From: Oculatellaceae cyanobacterium bins.114
GTDB lineage: Bacteria > Cyanobacteriota > Cyanobacteriia > Elainellales > Elainellaceae
Direction: 5' to 3'
Length of the DNA: 41,098 nucleotides
NCBI GenBank assembly: GCA_033764315.1
Contig: JANRJA010000076.1
Coordinates: 1 to 41,098, forward strand
The notes under the pieces: generated by a model
Databases searched by the model: none
Told to the model about the DNA's origin: nothing
Seen by the model: only the letters and a program-made list of their open reading frames with translations
Translations under genes and position numbers: made by a program
Shown: positions 11,301 through 19,836 of the stretch, piece after piece
Position numbering within the stretch: position 1 is the first letter of the stretch
Layout of the letters: each line of letters begins with the position of its first letter

Positions 11301-11429
11301 CAAGCGGCCTATCCTACTCAATGGACTCGCGAGAACAAATTCTGGGCAAACGTCGGACGAATTGACAACGCCTATGGCGATCGCAACTTAGTATGCTCCT
11401 GTCTCCCAATGGAAGCGTATGAAGAGTAA
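8376..11429 (+). CDS. gcvP: Glycine dehydrogenase (decarboxylating), P protein
   Basis: [25 protein letters not shown]-lysine motif [28 protein letters not shown]. Start uncertain (8376 or 8403). Confidence 0.97.
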   Translation: MYRSAIELAMSSDLSVYPPTASDYHGNVQGSTVSQASVKSAATTPNPVAADSSNNGALAPQDDFQRRHIGPSDSDIQQMLSVLGLSTLEDLIDKAVPQAIRVQQPLQLGAGQSEYERLMELKAIASKNQIFRSFIGMGYANCITPTVIQRNILENPGWYTQYTPYQPEISQGRLEALLNFQTVVIDLTGMAIANASLLDEGTAAAEAMTMSYGLYNGTASAFWVSEACHPQTIDVIQTRAKPLGIEVIIGDHRTVEFDQPIFGALLQYPATDGAIYDYQAFVDRAHAAGALVTVAADLLSLTLLTPPGEFGADIVVGNTQRFGVPLGYGGPHAAYFATKLDYKRQIPGRLVGVSKDTAGHPALRLALQTREQHIRRETATSNICTAQVLLAVMAGMYAVYHGPTGLKRIATRVHQLTQLLAQGLQQLGYSLGTAPFFDTLRVEVGDQRAEIFKRAIAHQINLRPLGTTAIGITLDETTRPQDVLDLLRLFGGDTSNGSSARQPLSLDDLIIQQDALPTSLTRTTPYLTHPVFNTYQSETELLRYIHRLQAKDLSLTTAMIPLGSCTMKLNATSEMVPVTWAEFTQIHPFAPLEQTQGYQILFQQLEAWLAEITGFAAISLQPNAGSQGEYTGLLVIRQYHEQRGEAHRNVCLIPQSAHGTNPASAVMAGMKVVAVACDDEGNIDVADLKAKAEKYSDRLSALMVTYPSTHGVFEEAIQEICAIVHTNGGQVYMDGANLNAQVGLCRPGDFGADVCHLNLHKTFCIPHGGGGPGMGPIGVAAHLVPFLPGHVVVNLDGATPQGSRIGAVSSAPWGSGCILPISWMYIALMGTTGLTKATQVAILNANYIAKRLEEHYSILYKGKHSLVAHECILDLRQFKKSAGIEVDDIAKRLIDYGFHPPTVSWPVAGTVMVEPTESESKQELDRFCDAMIAIRHEIREIEEDKVDRHDNLLKNAPHTAASLMVDEWKHPYSRHQAAYPTQWTRENKFWANVGRIDNAYGDRNLVCSCLPMEAYEE

Positions 11430-11473
11430 AGAGGAAAGAGAAAAGAAAAAAGAGTAAAGGATGAATCTTTTTT

Positions 11474-11602
11474 GGCGTTGCTGAATCCAGGTATGATTCA
11501 TGGACGCTGATCAGGGTAGCAGGGGCGTTTTGCGAAATGCCTAGTGAGTTTGAGGGCGAAGCCCCTGCACCCTGTCCTAGCCAACTCTTCAGTTGCCACA
11601 CC
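11474..11602. repeat. Degenerate MITE/REP-like palindromic element downstream of gcvP
   Basis: Begins GGCGTTGCTGAA and ends in an imperfect inverse (TTCAGTTGCCACACC). Internal inverted repeat CAGGGTAGCAGGGGC (11512-11526) / GCCCCTGCACCCTG (11561-11574). Confidence 0.5.
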
Positions 11603-11902
11603 ACAGGACAAGGGTTGGGATGAGGGTTAAATGAGTTGCAAATTGCGTAATTACTGATTGTAGATTTACTGACTCCCCTACCAAATCTTCAGATGTTTCA
11701 AGAGCAAAGTTCAGTAGATGCTCCAAGGTGGTTACCCCCTCTAAAAGATGACAATGAGATCACTTCTGGAGAACGCATGTAGCGAATCAGCGGCTAGGGG
11801 GCAATTAAGCCGTTGGTTTGTTATCAGGAAAGCGTTTTTACAGGTATGATTGCTTGACCTTGGGGGCTTATAGGGTCAAGCAATTTTTTTGTCTATTTAG
11901 GG

Positions 11903-12715
11903 CTAAAACATCCATTCCAGGCCAATCCCAAAACGACTATCTTTGCTCTCGTGTGCGTTTTGTCGTTGCAAGTCAGTTGAGACTCGCATCGTGTGAGTGA
12001 GCGCATAACCAAACGAAAGCGTTGTCAGCCCGACTTCATCCTCGTTTCCAGGGTTAACCCAACTTTGGCTCAGTGAGATATCCGCTGCTCCAGTGCGAGA
12101 CAATGCCAGCATTAACCGTATCCCTACATTCACTCCTTCAGTCGTATAGTCATCGGTTTCTAAATGACGGTAGCCCACTAGAGGAGCCATGTTGATCGAG
12201 CTACCCAGCGGTCGGATGTAATACCGTAAATCTCCTCCATAGGATTGGCGATCGCCCTCAAAGGCTTGTTGATAGTCTCCATTGACCGTTAAGCCTGTGC
12301 GCCCGATAAATACATCTTCAACCCCAACATAAACCCCCTCATCTGGCTCTGTAGAGGGCAACTGCGTATAGCCGACCCTGGCCCGCGTCCGAAAGGCAGG
12401 ATCATGCCGAAGTTGCGATCGCACATCGGGGATTTCTTCTAACCAGCGTTGCAAGACGGGACTGTCCTCAATGATTTCTGGATCAACAAGTGTTTCAACG
12501 GGTGGAGACGGTGCAGGACTGGGGGAAACCTGAGCCAGATCAGTTGCAGATTCGGTAACGTTTAAGGTTTCCAAGGCTGTCACCCGAAAAGGCATTATTG
12601 CTGCAAGGCTTAGCCCCAACGCCAACACCCCTAAACTCGCCAATTTAGATCTCCGATTTCTTTGAAAAACTGGAAATTTAATCTTGATAGAGATTAATGA
12701 TTGACCCTTAATCAT
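11903..12715 (-). CDS. Hypothetical exported protein, probable outer-membrane beta-barrel
   Basis: Signal-like basic plus hydrophobic segment, alternating amphipathic strands, and terminal FGIGLEWMF ending in Phe. Start uncertain (ORF open to 12823). Confidence 0.65.
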   Translation of the reverse strand: MIKGQSLISIKIKFPVFQRNRRSKLASLGVLALGLSLAAIMPFRVTALETLNVTESATDLAQVSPSPAPSPPVETLVDPEIIEDSPVLQRWLEEIPDVRSQLRHDPAFRTRARVGYTQLPSTEPDEGVYVGVEDVFIGRTGLTVNGDYQQAFEGDRQSYGGDLRYYIRPLGSSINMAPLVGYRHLETDDYTTEGVNVGIRLMLALSRTGAADISLSQSWVNPGNEDEVGLTTLSFGYALTHTMRVSTDLQRQNAHESKDSRFGIGLEWMF

Positions 12716-12856
12716 GAACGATTGACCGCCAACAAATAGCCATTGCCAGTTTAACGAAATTGGTAGCGGCATTCTGTGATTTGTCCTGACAAAACGATAT
12801 AAAAAAGCGGCTCTGTTATACACAGAACCGCCACACCTGAGGGGTGGATAGAGAAA

Positions 12857-13933
12857 TTAACGAGCTTTACCTTGAATTGAGGCAGTGTCAATCGGCTTCA
12901 TGAAATAAAGCCGCACTAAATTTGCACCAATCGCCGCAATCGAAGGCAATTTTTGGAAGAACTTCACCACTGAAGGAGCCTTAGAAGTGGCGATCGCAGC
13001 CAACTTTTGATTGGCTTCAGTAGAGCGATCTAACAGCTTAAAGAAATCAGGGTGATCAACATTGAGAATCACCGGAAACACTTTAGCTGACGTTTCGTTG
13101 GTTTTGCGAATCACGTGGATGTCATATTCCCGCGCATCTAAGCCTAACGTTGCGTAGAAGCCTGATCGCTGAATATCGTTTAGATACATCGTGGCAAACA
13201 CCGACAGCAAGAAGAATCGGCTCCACAACCTTGCCTTCCAATCGTTTAAGAACTGGGGTTGTGCCTGCATGATGGCATCAAAGAAATCACCATGCCGATT
13301 TTCGTCTTGGCACCAGTTTTCAAAGAACCGGAAGATGGGGTAAACCCGGTTTTCGGGGTGAGCTTCTAAATGGCGATAAATCGTGATGTATCGCCAATAG
13401 CCAATCTTTTCAGAGAGGTAGGTCGCGTAGAAAATAAATTTTGGCTTAAAGAAGGTGTAGCTGCGGCTCTTGGTTAAAAAGCCCAGATCTAACGACAAAT
13501 TGAAGTCAGATAGAGCCTTGTTTAAGAAGCCAGCATGACGGGCTTCATCCCGCGACATCAGGTTAAAACACTCCGCCAGCAAAGGGCTTTTGTCTTTGAG
13601 ACGACGACCTAGCTCTTTGTAGAGTAAAAATCCAGAGAACTCAGCGGTGCAAGAACGCTCTAAAAACTCAACAAAGAGGCGTCGAGTTTCACCGTCGAGA
13701 TGATCCCAGGATTGTTGGAACTCATCATCGCGGACAAAGTGGTGACGGTTGTAGTCAACTCGAAACTCTTCTAAAATCGCCCGCAGTTCATCTTCATTCA
13801 CGGAGATGTCCATTTGCGCCATCTCGTCGAAATCCGTTGTGTAGAAACGGGGAGTCAGAATTGTCTCTTTTGCCGGGACTTTGATTCCCGGTTGCATTTC
13901 TTCAAAATTGGGTTTCTTGAGGGAATCTACCAT
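12857..13933 (-). CDS. acsF: Mg-protoporphyrin IX monomethyl ester oxidative cyclase
   Basis: [25 protein letters not shown], diiron motifs DEARH and [16 protein letters not shown]. Confidence 0.97.
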   Translation of the reverse strand: MVDSLKKPNFEEMQPGIKVPAKETILTPRFYTTDFDEMAQMDISVNEDELRAILEEFRVDYNRHHFVRDDEFQQSWDHLDGETRRLFVEFLERSCTAEFSGFLLYKELGRRLKDKSPLLAECFNLMSRDEARHAGFLNKALSDFNLSLDLGFLTKSRSYTFFKPKFIFYATYLSEKIGYWRYITIYRHLEAHPENRVYPIFRFFENWCQDENRHGDFFDAIMQAQPQFLNDWKARLWSRFFLLSVFATMYLNDIQRSGFYATLGLDAREYDIHVIRKTNETSAKVFPVILNVDHPDFFKLLDRSTEANQKLAAIATSKAPSVVKFFQKLPSIAAIGANLVRLYFMKPIDTASIQGKAR

Positions 13934-14153
13934 TGCAGTTTTATGCGTTTCTACGTCTGCTGTTAAATCTGCGTTGCCAACATGAGGATATTAATCAACC
14001 CTATGCTCAGGCGATCGCACCGTCTTCTTCGTCATCAAGTCTATCAATCTATAGAGCGTAGGAATACTTCGACGTGTTAAGAGTTGCAACACAGCATCAG
14101 CTTTTGTAACAAATCAAAATATTGTCGCACCCCTTTTCTAGACAAAAGCGAGA

Positions 14154-14162
14154 TGCTATAGT
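14154..14162 (+). promoter_or_regulatory. Putative extended -10 promoter element for the parM-like gene
   Basis: TGcTATAGT about 50 bp before the ATG; AGGGAG RBS just before 14215. Confidence 0.4.
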
Positions 14163-14214
14163 ACAAGGGTACTAGTGGGGACAAACTTGTACAGATGTAT
14201 CCAAAGGGAGCGAT

Positions 14215-15237
14215 ATGACTACAGCTACCAGACAACGACGACCTAGTAAAGACTCTAACATTCCTTCGGCAACGACTCGCGTGTTAGCTCTAGATGCGGG
14301 TAACTATGACCTCAAGTTCTACGATGGTGTGGGTCATCCCAAAGCAATCCGCTCAGTTCGTTACCAATTACCGCAGGGGCGCGATCCGGTTCGTTATACA
14401 GATGCATCTCCCTTAATTGAACTGCCCGACGGTACTCGCTATCACTTTGGTGCTCAAGCTTATAAATACAGACGCCAACAACAAACGGTTATTGAAAACA
14501 AAGTGGAGCTATCTCGGTTACATCTTTATGCTTGTTTAGAACCGTGGAATGGCTCGACTGAGTTTGCCATGCACCTTTATGCCAGCACTCCAGAACCCAA
14601 CAAAAACGATGAAGCCATTCGCAAGCAACTGCTGGGAATGCATGAATTTAAGCGTAATGACATCGACTATCGTGTCATGGTCGAGCAAGTTGAGGTCGAG
14701 CGTGAAGGCATGGGTGCCTATCGCTATGCCAAACAGATGGGATTGATTCCCGATGGGGGTTACACGATTGTGATCGATATCGGAGGCGGCACCTGGCTAA
14801 CTCGCTTAGTAGACGCAGAAGGGGAAGTGATTGATGAGAATGTCATGGATCGGGGTGGTGCTTATGAACTAGCCACTTCTATTAGCTTTGACAAACGCTT
14901 GACCAATGCGATCGGAACGACAGCCGACCCTAGTTTGGTGATGGATGGTTTTCGAGTTGAGCACACTTACGCCGATACAGGTATTTCCTGGAGTGGTTGG
15001 TTAGATGAGCATCTAGAACCCTGGTTTAAGGGCATTTTTCAAACTGTGAAAGCACAATATACCCCCTACATGGCGCGAGTCACTCGGTTTTTAGTAACAG
15101 GGGGTAGCACTCACTTGATTTCTGAGCGATTGGCAGGTCGCAAGTTGTTTGCGGTTATGGGAGATCCTCAGTTCGCTAATGTGCGGGGTTTGTTCCTTCT
15201 CTCAACGGATGTGCAACTATGTATGACAACAAAGTAA
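14215..15237 (+). CDS. ParM/StbA-family actin-like ATPase, chromosomal
   Basis: Actin-fold motifs LALDAGNYDLK, EGMGA, VIDIGGGT, VTGGSTHL and DPQFANVRG; 340 aa. Confidence 0.88.
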   Translation: MTTATRQRRPSKDSNIPSATTRVLALDAGNYDLKFYDGVGHPKAIRSVRYQLPQGRDPVRYTDASPLIELPDGTRYHFGAQAYKYRRQQQTVIENKVELSRLHLYACLEPWNGSTEFAMHLYASTPEPNKNDEAIRKQLLGMHEFKRNDIDYRVMVEQVEVEREGMGAYRYAKQMGLIPDGGYTIVIDIGGGTWLTRLVDAEGEVIDENVMDRGGAYELATSISFDKRLTNAIGTTADPSLVMDGFRVEHTYADTGISWSGWLDEHLEPWFKGIFQTVKAQYTPYMARVTRFLVTGGSTHLISERLAGRKLFAVMGDPQFANVRGLFLLSTDVQLCMTTK

Positions 15238-15494
15238 GACTCAGCCAAGATGTGATTGAAAAAGCCGAGCAGATTGCCAATGAGTGGGGCTTAAAAAATG
15301 CTCGCGCCGCCGTAGAAGCTGTATTTCGTCGCTACTCAGATGAGTATCTACATGGACGCGATCGCTTTGAAGATAACCCCACTCATTTTCCAGGAGCAGG
15401 GGCAATTGCCCACCATGTCCAAGCTAAGGCTCAACAGTGGACTCAAAACGGATGCGAAGCTCTTGATGCATTGGATGATCTGCTGGCAATGTAG
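15219..15494 (+). CDS. ParR-like small adaptor protein (ribbon-helix-helix-like N-terminus)
   Basis: Overlaps the parM-like gene by 19 bp. KVRLSQDVIEKAEQIANEWGLKNARAAVEAVFRRY fits strand-helix-helix; short C-terminal helix ALDALDDLLAM. Confidence 0.7.
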   Translation: MYDNKVRLSQDVIEKAEQIANEWGLKNARAAVEAVFRRYSDEYLHGRDRFEDNPTHFPGAGAIAHHVQAKAQQWTQNGCEALDALDDLLAM

Positions 15495-15510
15495 GGGGAT
15501 TTGATTGAGA

Positions 15511-15532
15511 GAGACGCGATTAATCGCGTCTC
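15511..15532. repeat. Perfect 22-bp palindrome (REP-like), possible bidirectional terminator between convergent genes
   Basis: GAGACGCGATTAATCGCGTCTC. Confidence 0.75.
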
Positions 15533-15559
15533 CCCTAAAACTATTTTCCTCAGCTCCCT

Positions 15560-16027
15560 TTACGGGTCACAGCGAATCTCGACCAGCAAACCATCCGGGT
15601 CATAAAAATAAATTCCTCGACCGGTAGGACGGTTGACTGGGCCGTGATCGATCGGAATCTGGTTAAACCGAATCACCTCCACCGCCTGATCAAACAGATG
15701 AGGCGCAATATCAAATGCTAGATGCCCCATGCGGGTAAAACTTTGTGCTGGATCGATATGAGGAGGTTCTAGTTCAGGTTTCCAAAACAGATCAATTACC
15801 GTGCCATCGGGGGTAACAAAGTTAGCGGCTTCACCCGCTTCAAACAACGCCTTCAAAGTCTCTGGTACTTCGTCACCTTGCAATTCTCGTAACCCCAACA
15901 CCACTCCATAAAAATAACGGGATACTTGTAGGTCTTTCACATTCAGGGCAATGTGATGAACCCGACGCAGCATTCCCGTTGAGAGGAGTGGTTGAATTGG
16001 TTTGTGAGGAGAAGAAAAGCTGACCAT
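15560..16027 (-). CDS. VOC (glyoxalase/bleomycin resistance) family protein
   Basis: VHHIALNVKDL, GHLAFDI, GIYFYDPDGLLVEI. Confidence 0.92.
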   Translation of the reverse strand: MVSFSSPHKPIQPLLSTGMLRRVHHIALNVKDLQVSRYFYGVVLGLRELQGDEVPETLKALFEAGEAANFVTPDGTVIDLFWKPELEPPHIDPAQSFTRMGHLAFDIAPHLFDQAVEVIRFNQIPIDHGPVNRPTGRGIYFYDPDGLLVEIRCDP

Positions 16028-16071
16028 AGAAGAGGGTTAACTGAGCTAGCTATCAGAATAGCGCAGCCAGC

Positions 16072-16221
16072 TTAATTCTCGTAATCGCGTTTCTTTAGGG
16101 ATGCAAGCATCTGCTGTTTAACTTCCTTTGCCCATAAATCAAAGTTAAAGTTTTCGTTACTGACGGGTGGAGTCGTTTCTGAGGAATTGTTTGGTTGGCT
16201 TTGTCTTGAATTCGCTTTCAT
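16072..16221 (-). CDS. Small hypothetical protein, 49 aa
   Basis: Below the ORF track cutoff. MKANSRQSQPNNSSETTPPVSNENFNFDLWAKEVKQQMLASLKKRDYEN; co-oriented, 44 bp upstream of the VOC gene. Confidence 0.6.
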   Translation of the reverse strand: MKANSRQSQPNNSSETTPPVSNENFNFDLWAKEVKQQMLASLKKRDYEN

Positions 16222-16282
16222 TGCTCGAGGTTGAAGTAGATAAAGATTCTAAGTTGTTTGAGAAACATGACAACTCAAAACC

Positions 16283-16296
16283 GTAGCATAAGCTAC
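16283..16296. promoter_or_regulatory. Putative NtcA binding site
   Basis: GTAGCATAAGCTAC = GTA-N8-TAC, palindromic. A second near-match, GTGAAATTAGCTAC, lies at 16380-16393. Confidence 0.6.
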
Positions 16297-16436
16297 AGAA
16301 TCATAGTTGTAATTCTATCGCTCTGCCCATCATCCTTGGGTTAAGTTTTGACGAGGCTTTTATTAAAGTTCCCTAGAGAGTGAAATTAGCTACAGCCATA
16401 GTTAAATAGGTAGGGAGCGATCGCCCCCTACCCACC

Positions 16437-16496
16437 TTCAGCCACTGTCTTAACAGCCACTGTATTAATAGCCCTAGTGTTAACAGCCGTGGTATT
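16437..16496 (+). repeat. 15-bp degenerate tandem repeat, 4 copies
   Basis: AACAGCCACTGTATT-like units directly after the thioredoxin stop. Confidence 0.8.
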
Positions 16497-16504
16497 AACT
16501 GCTT

Positions 16505-16822
16505 CTAAACCAGGGTCTGCAAATGCTGAATGAGTTGATCGGCTCTTAGCACGCCTTCAATGCGATCGACGGGTTGCCCTTGCTTGAACAAAACCAGTGT
16601 CGGCAAAGCATGAATTTGATATTGAGTTGCCAAATCGGGGTAGTTGTCAGTGTTGATCTTGACCACCCGAAGTTGCTCTTTCATCTGGGCGTTGACCTGC
16701 TCTAAAATCTTCGCCATCATCTGGCAGGGACCACACCAGGGAGCATAAAAGTCGATCAACAAGGGCATGTCAGATTCTGCAATCATTTCTTGAAAGCTGC
16801 TGTACTCTTTTTTGACTGCCAT
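16505..16822 (-). CDS. Thioredoxin (resembles y-type/TrxQ)
   Basis: DFYAPWCGPC active site; MAVKKEYSSF N-terminus. Confidence 0.93.
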   Translation of the reverse strand: MAVKKEYSSFQEMIAESDMPLLIDFYAPWCGPCQMMAKILEQVNAQMKEQLRVVKINTDNYPDLATQYQIHALPTLVLFKQGQPVDRIEGVLRADQLIQHLQTLV

Positions 16823-16911
16823 AAGACTAGAGGAGTTAGGGACTGTAGCTTCATCCTAATTCAAATTTTTGGGTTCAACTGGGGTGACACAAATGGCTTA
16901 ATATGATCTAG

Positions 16912-17691
<780 letters not shown>

Positions 17692-17750
17692 TCAGTGCAA
17701 AGTTGTCCACAATTAAATATTGATCGCTCGATGCAGAAGGTTTCAGCATT

Positions 17751-17930
17751 ATGGTGAGCAGTTTCCTAGCGGTCAAAGTGCCTCACGGGTTAACCGTCAC
17801 TGAGAAGCAATTCCGGCGGTTTATCGCGGCAAATCCTGATTTGCGGATGGAGCGCACAGCCCAAGGAAAGCTCATCGTTATGTCACCGACTGGAAGTGAA
17901 GACGGCAATCGCAACGCTGAATTAAGTGAA
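17751..17930 (+). pseudogene. Truncated Uma2 (DUF820) family endonuclease, N-terminal ~60 codons only
   Basis: QFRRFIAANPDLRMERTAQGKLIVMSPTGSEDGNRNAELS is a typical Uma2 N-terminus. Similarity stops at the attC site and the PD-(D/E)xK core is absent. Confidence 0.8.
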
Positions 17931-17934
17931 ACGA

Positions 17935-18021
17935 TGCTAACGGCTCAAATCAGCGGCGGTAAGTACCCTCGAACTCAGCACCAGCAGTTCTCACCCGTCC
18001 GCTGCATTTGAATTGTTGGGC
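17935..18021 (-). other. attC recombination site (87 bp)
   Basis: Minus strand: R'' GCCCAAC, 6 nt, L'' AAT[G]CAGC, GG[A]CGG ... CCGCC, L' GCTGATT, 6 nt, R' GTTAGCA. Confidence 0.82.
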
Positions 18022-18036
18022 TGTGAAGTGTATAAC
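18008..18036 (+). promoter_or_regulatory. Putative sigma70 promoter for the TA operon, with its -35 inside attC
   Basis: TTGAAT-N17-TATAAC. Confidence 0.5.
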
Positions 18037-18082
18037 AGAATATGTAGTACAAACTAGCAGGCTGCACAAAAGAGGATTTAAG

Positions 18083-18403
18083 TTGAAACAACAGTTGAAG
18101 ATTCAGCTTCCCCAGCCAGAGCTTGCAGCCTTCTGCCAAAAGTGGAAGATTAAAGAAATGTCCTTCTTTGGCTCTGTTTTACGGGAGGATTTTCGCTCAG
18201 ATAGTGATATTGATATCATAGTAAACTTTGAGGGCAATTCAACTTGGGGAATTTTAGAGCTTGTTCGCATGAAACGCGAATTAAAAACGCTGCTAGGACG
18301 TGAAGTTGACTTAATGACCAAAAAATCAATTGAGCAAAGCCACAATTGGATTCGTCGGCAAGAAATTTTAGGAACTGCTCAAATTGTTTATGTCGCGGGA
18401 TAA
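18083..18403 (+). CDS. mntA: Minimal nucleotidyltransferase (MNT) antitoxin
   Basis: FGSVLREDFRSDSDID (GS-x10-DxD). Likely TTG start at 18083 after AGAGGA. Confidence 0.9.
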   Translation: MKQQLKIQLPQPELAAFCQKWKIKEMSFFGSVLREDFRSDSDIDIIVNFEGNSTWGILELVRMKRELKTLLGREVDLMTKKSIEQSHNWIRRQEILGTAQIVYVAG

Positions 18404-18731
18404 TGCGTCACTACTTGATGTTGTTCAGGCAGGGCAATTAATTCTTCAATTTGCTCAGGGACTCAGCCGTGATCAACTAGCATCGGATTTACGAACACAA
18501 TCTGCAATTCTTTATCAAATTGCAATTATGGGAGAGGCAACCAAACAATTGTCTCGTCAATTCCGGGAACAACACCCAGAAGCCCCTTGGGATGATATCG
18601 CAGGGATGCGAGATATTGTTGCCCATCAATATGATCGAATCGATTTAGACATTGTTTGGCAAGTCATCCAACGAAATATTCCTGAACTGTTGAATGTATT
18701 AGTAACTCTACTACCAACTCAAGACACCTAA
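18390..18731 (+). CDS. hepT: HEPN (DUF86) RNase toxin
   Basis: MRDIVAHQY (Rx4HxY), IMGEA and PW motifs; overlaps the MNT gene. Confidence 0.9.
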   Translation: MSRDNASLLDVVQAGQLILQFAQGLSRDQLASDLRTQSAILYQIAIMGEATKQLSRQFREQHPEAPWDDIAGMRDIVAHQYDRIDLDIVWQVIQRNIPELLNVLVTLLPTQDT

Positions 18732-18793
18732 ACGATCGCTTTATGTACTCAACAGAAGCGATTTGAGTACTGTCCAAACTGAGAACTTAAGCA

Positions 18794-18879
18794 GCCCAAC
18801 GTTCCAAATTAGCGGCTGCTAGCATCTCCAACTCAGCACAGGTGTCTCTCGACAGTCCGCTGCATTTGGGTTGTTAGCC
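18794..18879 (-). other. attC recombination site (86 bp)
   Basis: Minus strand: R'' GGCTAAC, 6 nt, L'' AAT[G]CAGC, GG[A]CTG ... CAGCC, L' GCTAATT, 6 nt, R' GTTGGGC. Confidence 0.82.
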
Positions 18880-19312
18880 AGCGCTCAACGGCGATCGCCC
18901 CCACCCATCTCTCCCAACCTCTCACCTCCCACAACCACCGCCATTGTACTCAACCTTTCACTGAACACAGAAAATATTTCGGGTCTTTTAACGTTGGCAG
19001 AAAGCTTTGCTATGTCTAACCTCTAGTTTGGGGGCGATCGCTCTCCCACCGTCATCCTTCAAACCACGGTTCGGAAAGCATTAACTCAACGGCGATCGCC
19101 CCCTGACACCTGTTGGGACACTCAACTGTGACCCAGATTGTTGATGAACTCAACCTCTCGCTGGAGGCGATAACGCTGTGAGACTGGACACTGGGGCGAT
19201 TGCCTCGATGAACTCAACCTCTCGCTTGGGGGGCGATCGCACACACACCGATACCGTTGAAGTACCGGGATCTTCAACCTCTCAACCACTCGGTAACCCT
19301 ATTGCGAAAGCG
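18880..19312. repeat. Gene-less cassette body, copy 2
   Basis: Colinear with 19399-19799; no convincing ORF. Confidence 0.75.
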
Positions 19313-19398
19313 GGCTAACGGTAAAGCTCAACGGCTGCAAGCAATCTTCGCCACGCCACTAGCACTCACCAACAGTCCGTTGCAGCGCAGTGTTAGCC
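19313..19398 (-). other. attC recombination site (86 bp)
   Basis: Minus strand: R'' GGCTAAC, 5 nt, L'' GCT[G]CAAC, GG[A]CTG ... CAGCC, L' GTTGAGC, 6 nt, R' GTTAGCC. Canonical 5/6 spacing. Confidence 0.85.
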
Positions 19399-19799
19399 TG
19401 CGCTGTTGGGCGATCGCCCCCACCCATCTCTCCCAACCTTCCACCTCCCACAACCACCGCCATTCTACTCAACCTTTCGCTCAAAACAGAAAATCTTTCG
19501 GCACGCTTAACATTGAGGCAAAACCTCGAAGGACTACACCTCTGTTTGGGGGGCGATCGCCAACCACACCAACACTTTTCAACCACGGTTCGCAAAGCGT
19601 TAACTCAACGGCGATCGCCCCCAGACACCTTTTGGAACTACGAACTCTGATCAATATCGTTGTTGAACTCAACCTCTCACTTACGGCGATCGCATTCTGA
19701 GTCTTGTCACTTTGAGCGTTAACTCTTGCTGACTCAAACTCTCGCTTTGGGGGGCGATCGCACACCCCACAGAACACTCAGAAACACCGAAACGTAGCG
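19399..19799. repeat. Gene-less cassette body, copy 1
   Basis: Colinear with 18880-19312. Confidence 0.75.
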
Positions 19800-19822
19800 G
19801 GCTAACTATTGTTTAGCCTGCT
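19796..19822 (-). other. attI-like tyrosine recombinase core site
   Basis: Inverted arms AGCGGGCTAA / TTAGCCTGCT around a 7-bp spacer. Minus strand reads GGCTAAACAATAG|TTAGCC. Confidence 0.62.
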
Positions 19823-19836
19823 TTCTTATCCTTTAG

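Larger units (their letters stand above)
17935..19822 (-). mobile_element. Integron-like cassette array lacking an adjacent integrase (CALIN-type): attI-like site plus three cassettes
   Basis: Three attC sites and an attI-like core. Each cassette's leading TTRRRY-type sequence is complementary to its own R'' box. Confidence 0.8.

Noticed and set aside
19257-19777. Four overlapping ORFs in the cassette region
   Set aside because: Three cross attC boundaries, all lack good starts, and the frames I checked are interrupted in the paralogous copy.
17935-19822. CRISPR array interpretation of the repeated elements
   Set aside because: Repeats are 86-87 bp, divergent and separated by 400-770 bp; no cas genes. 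The attC model fits better.
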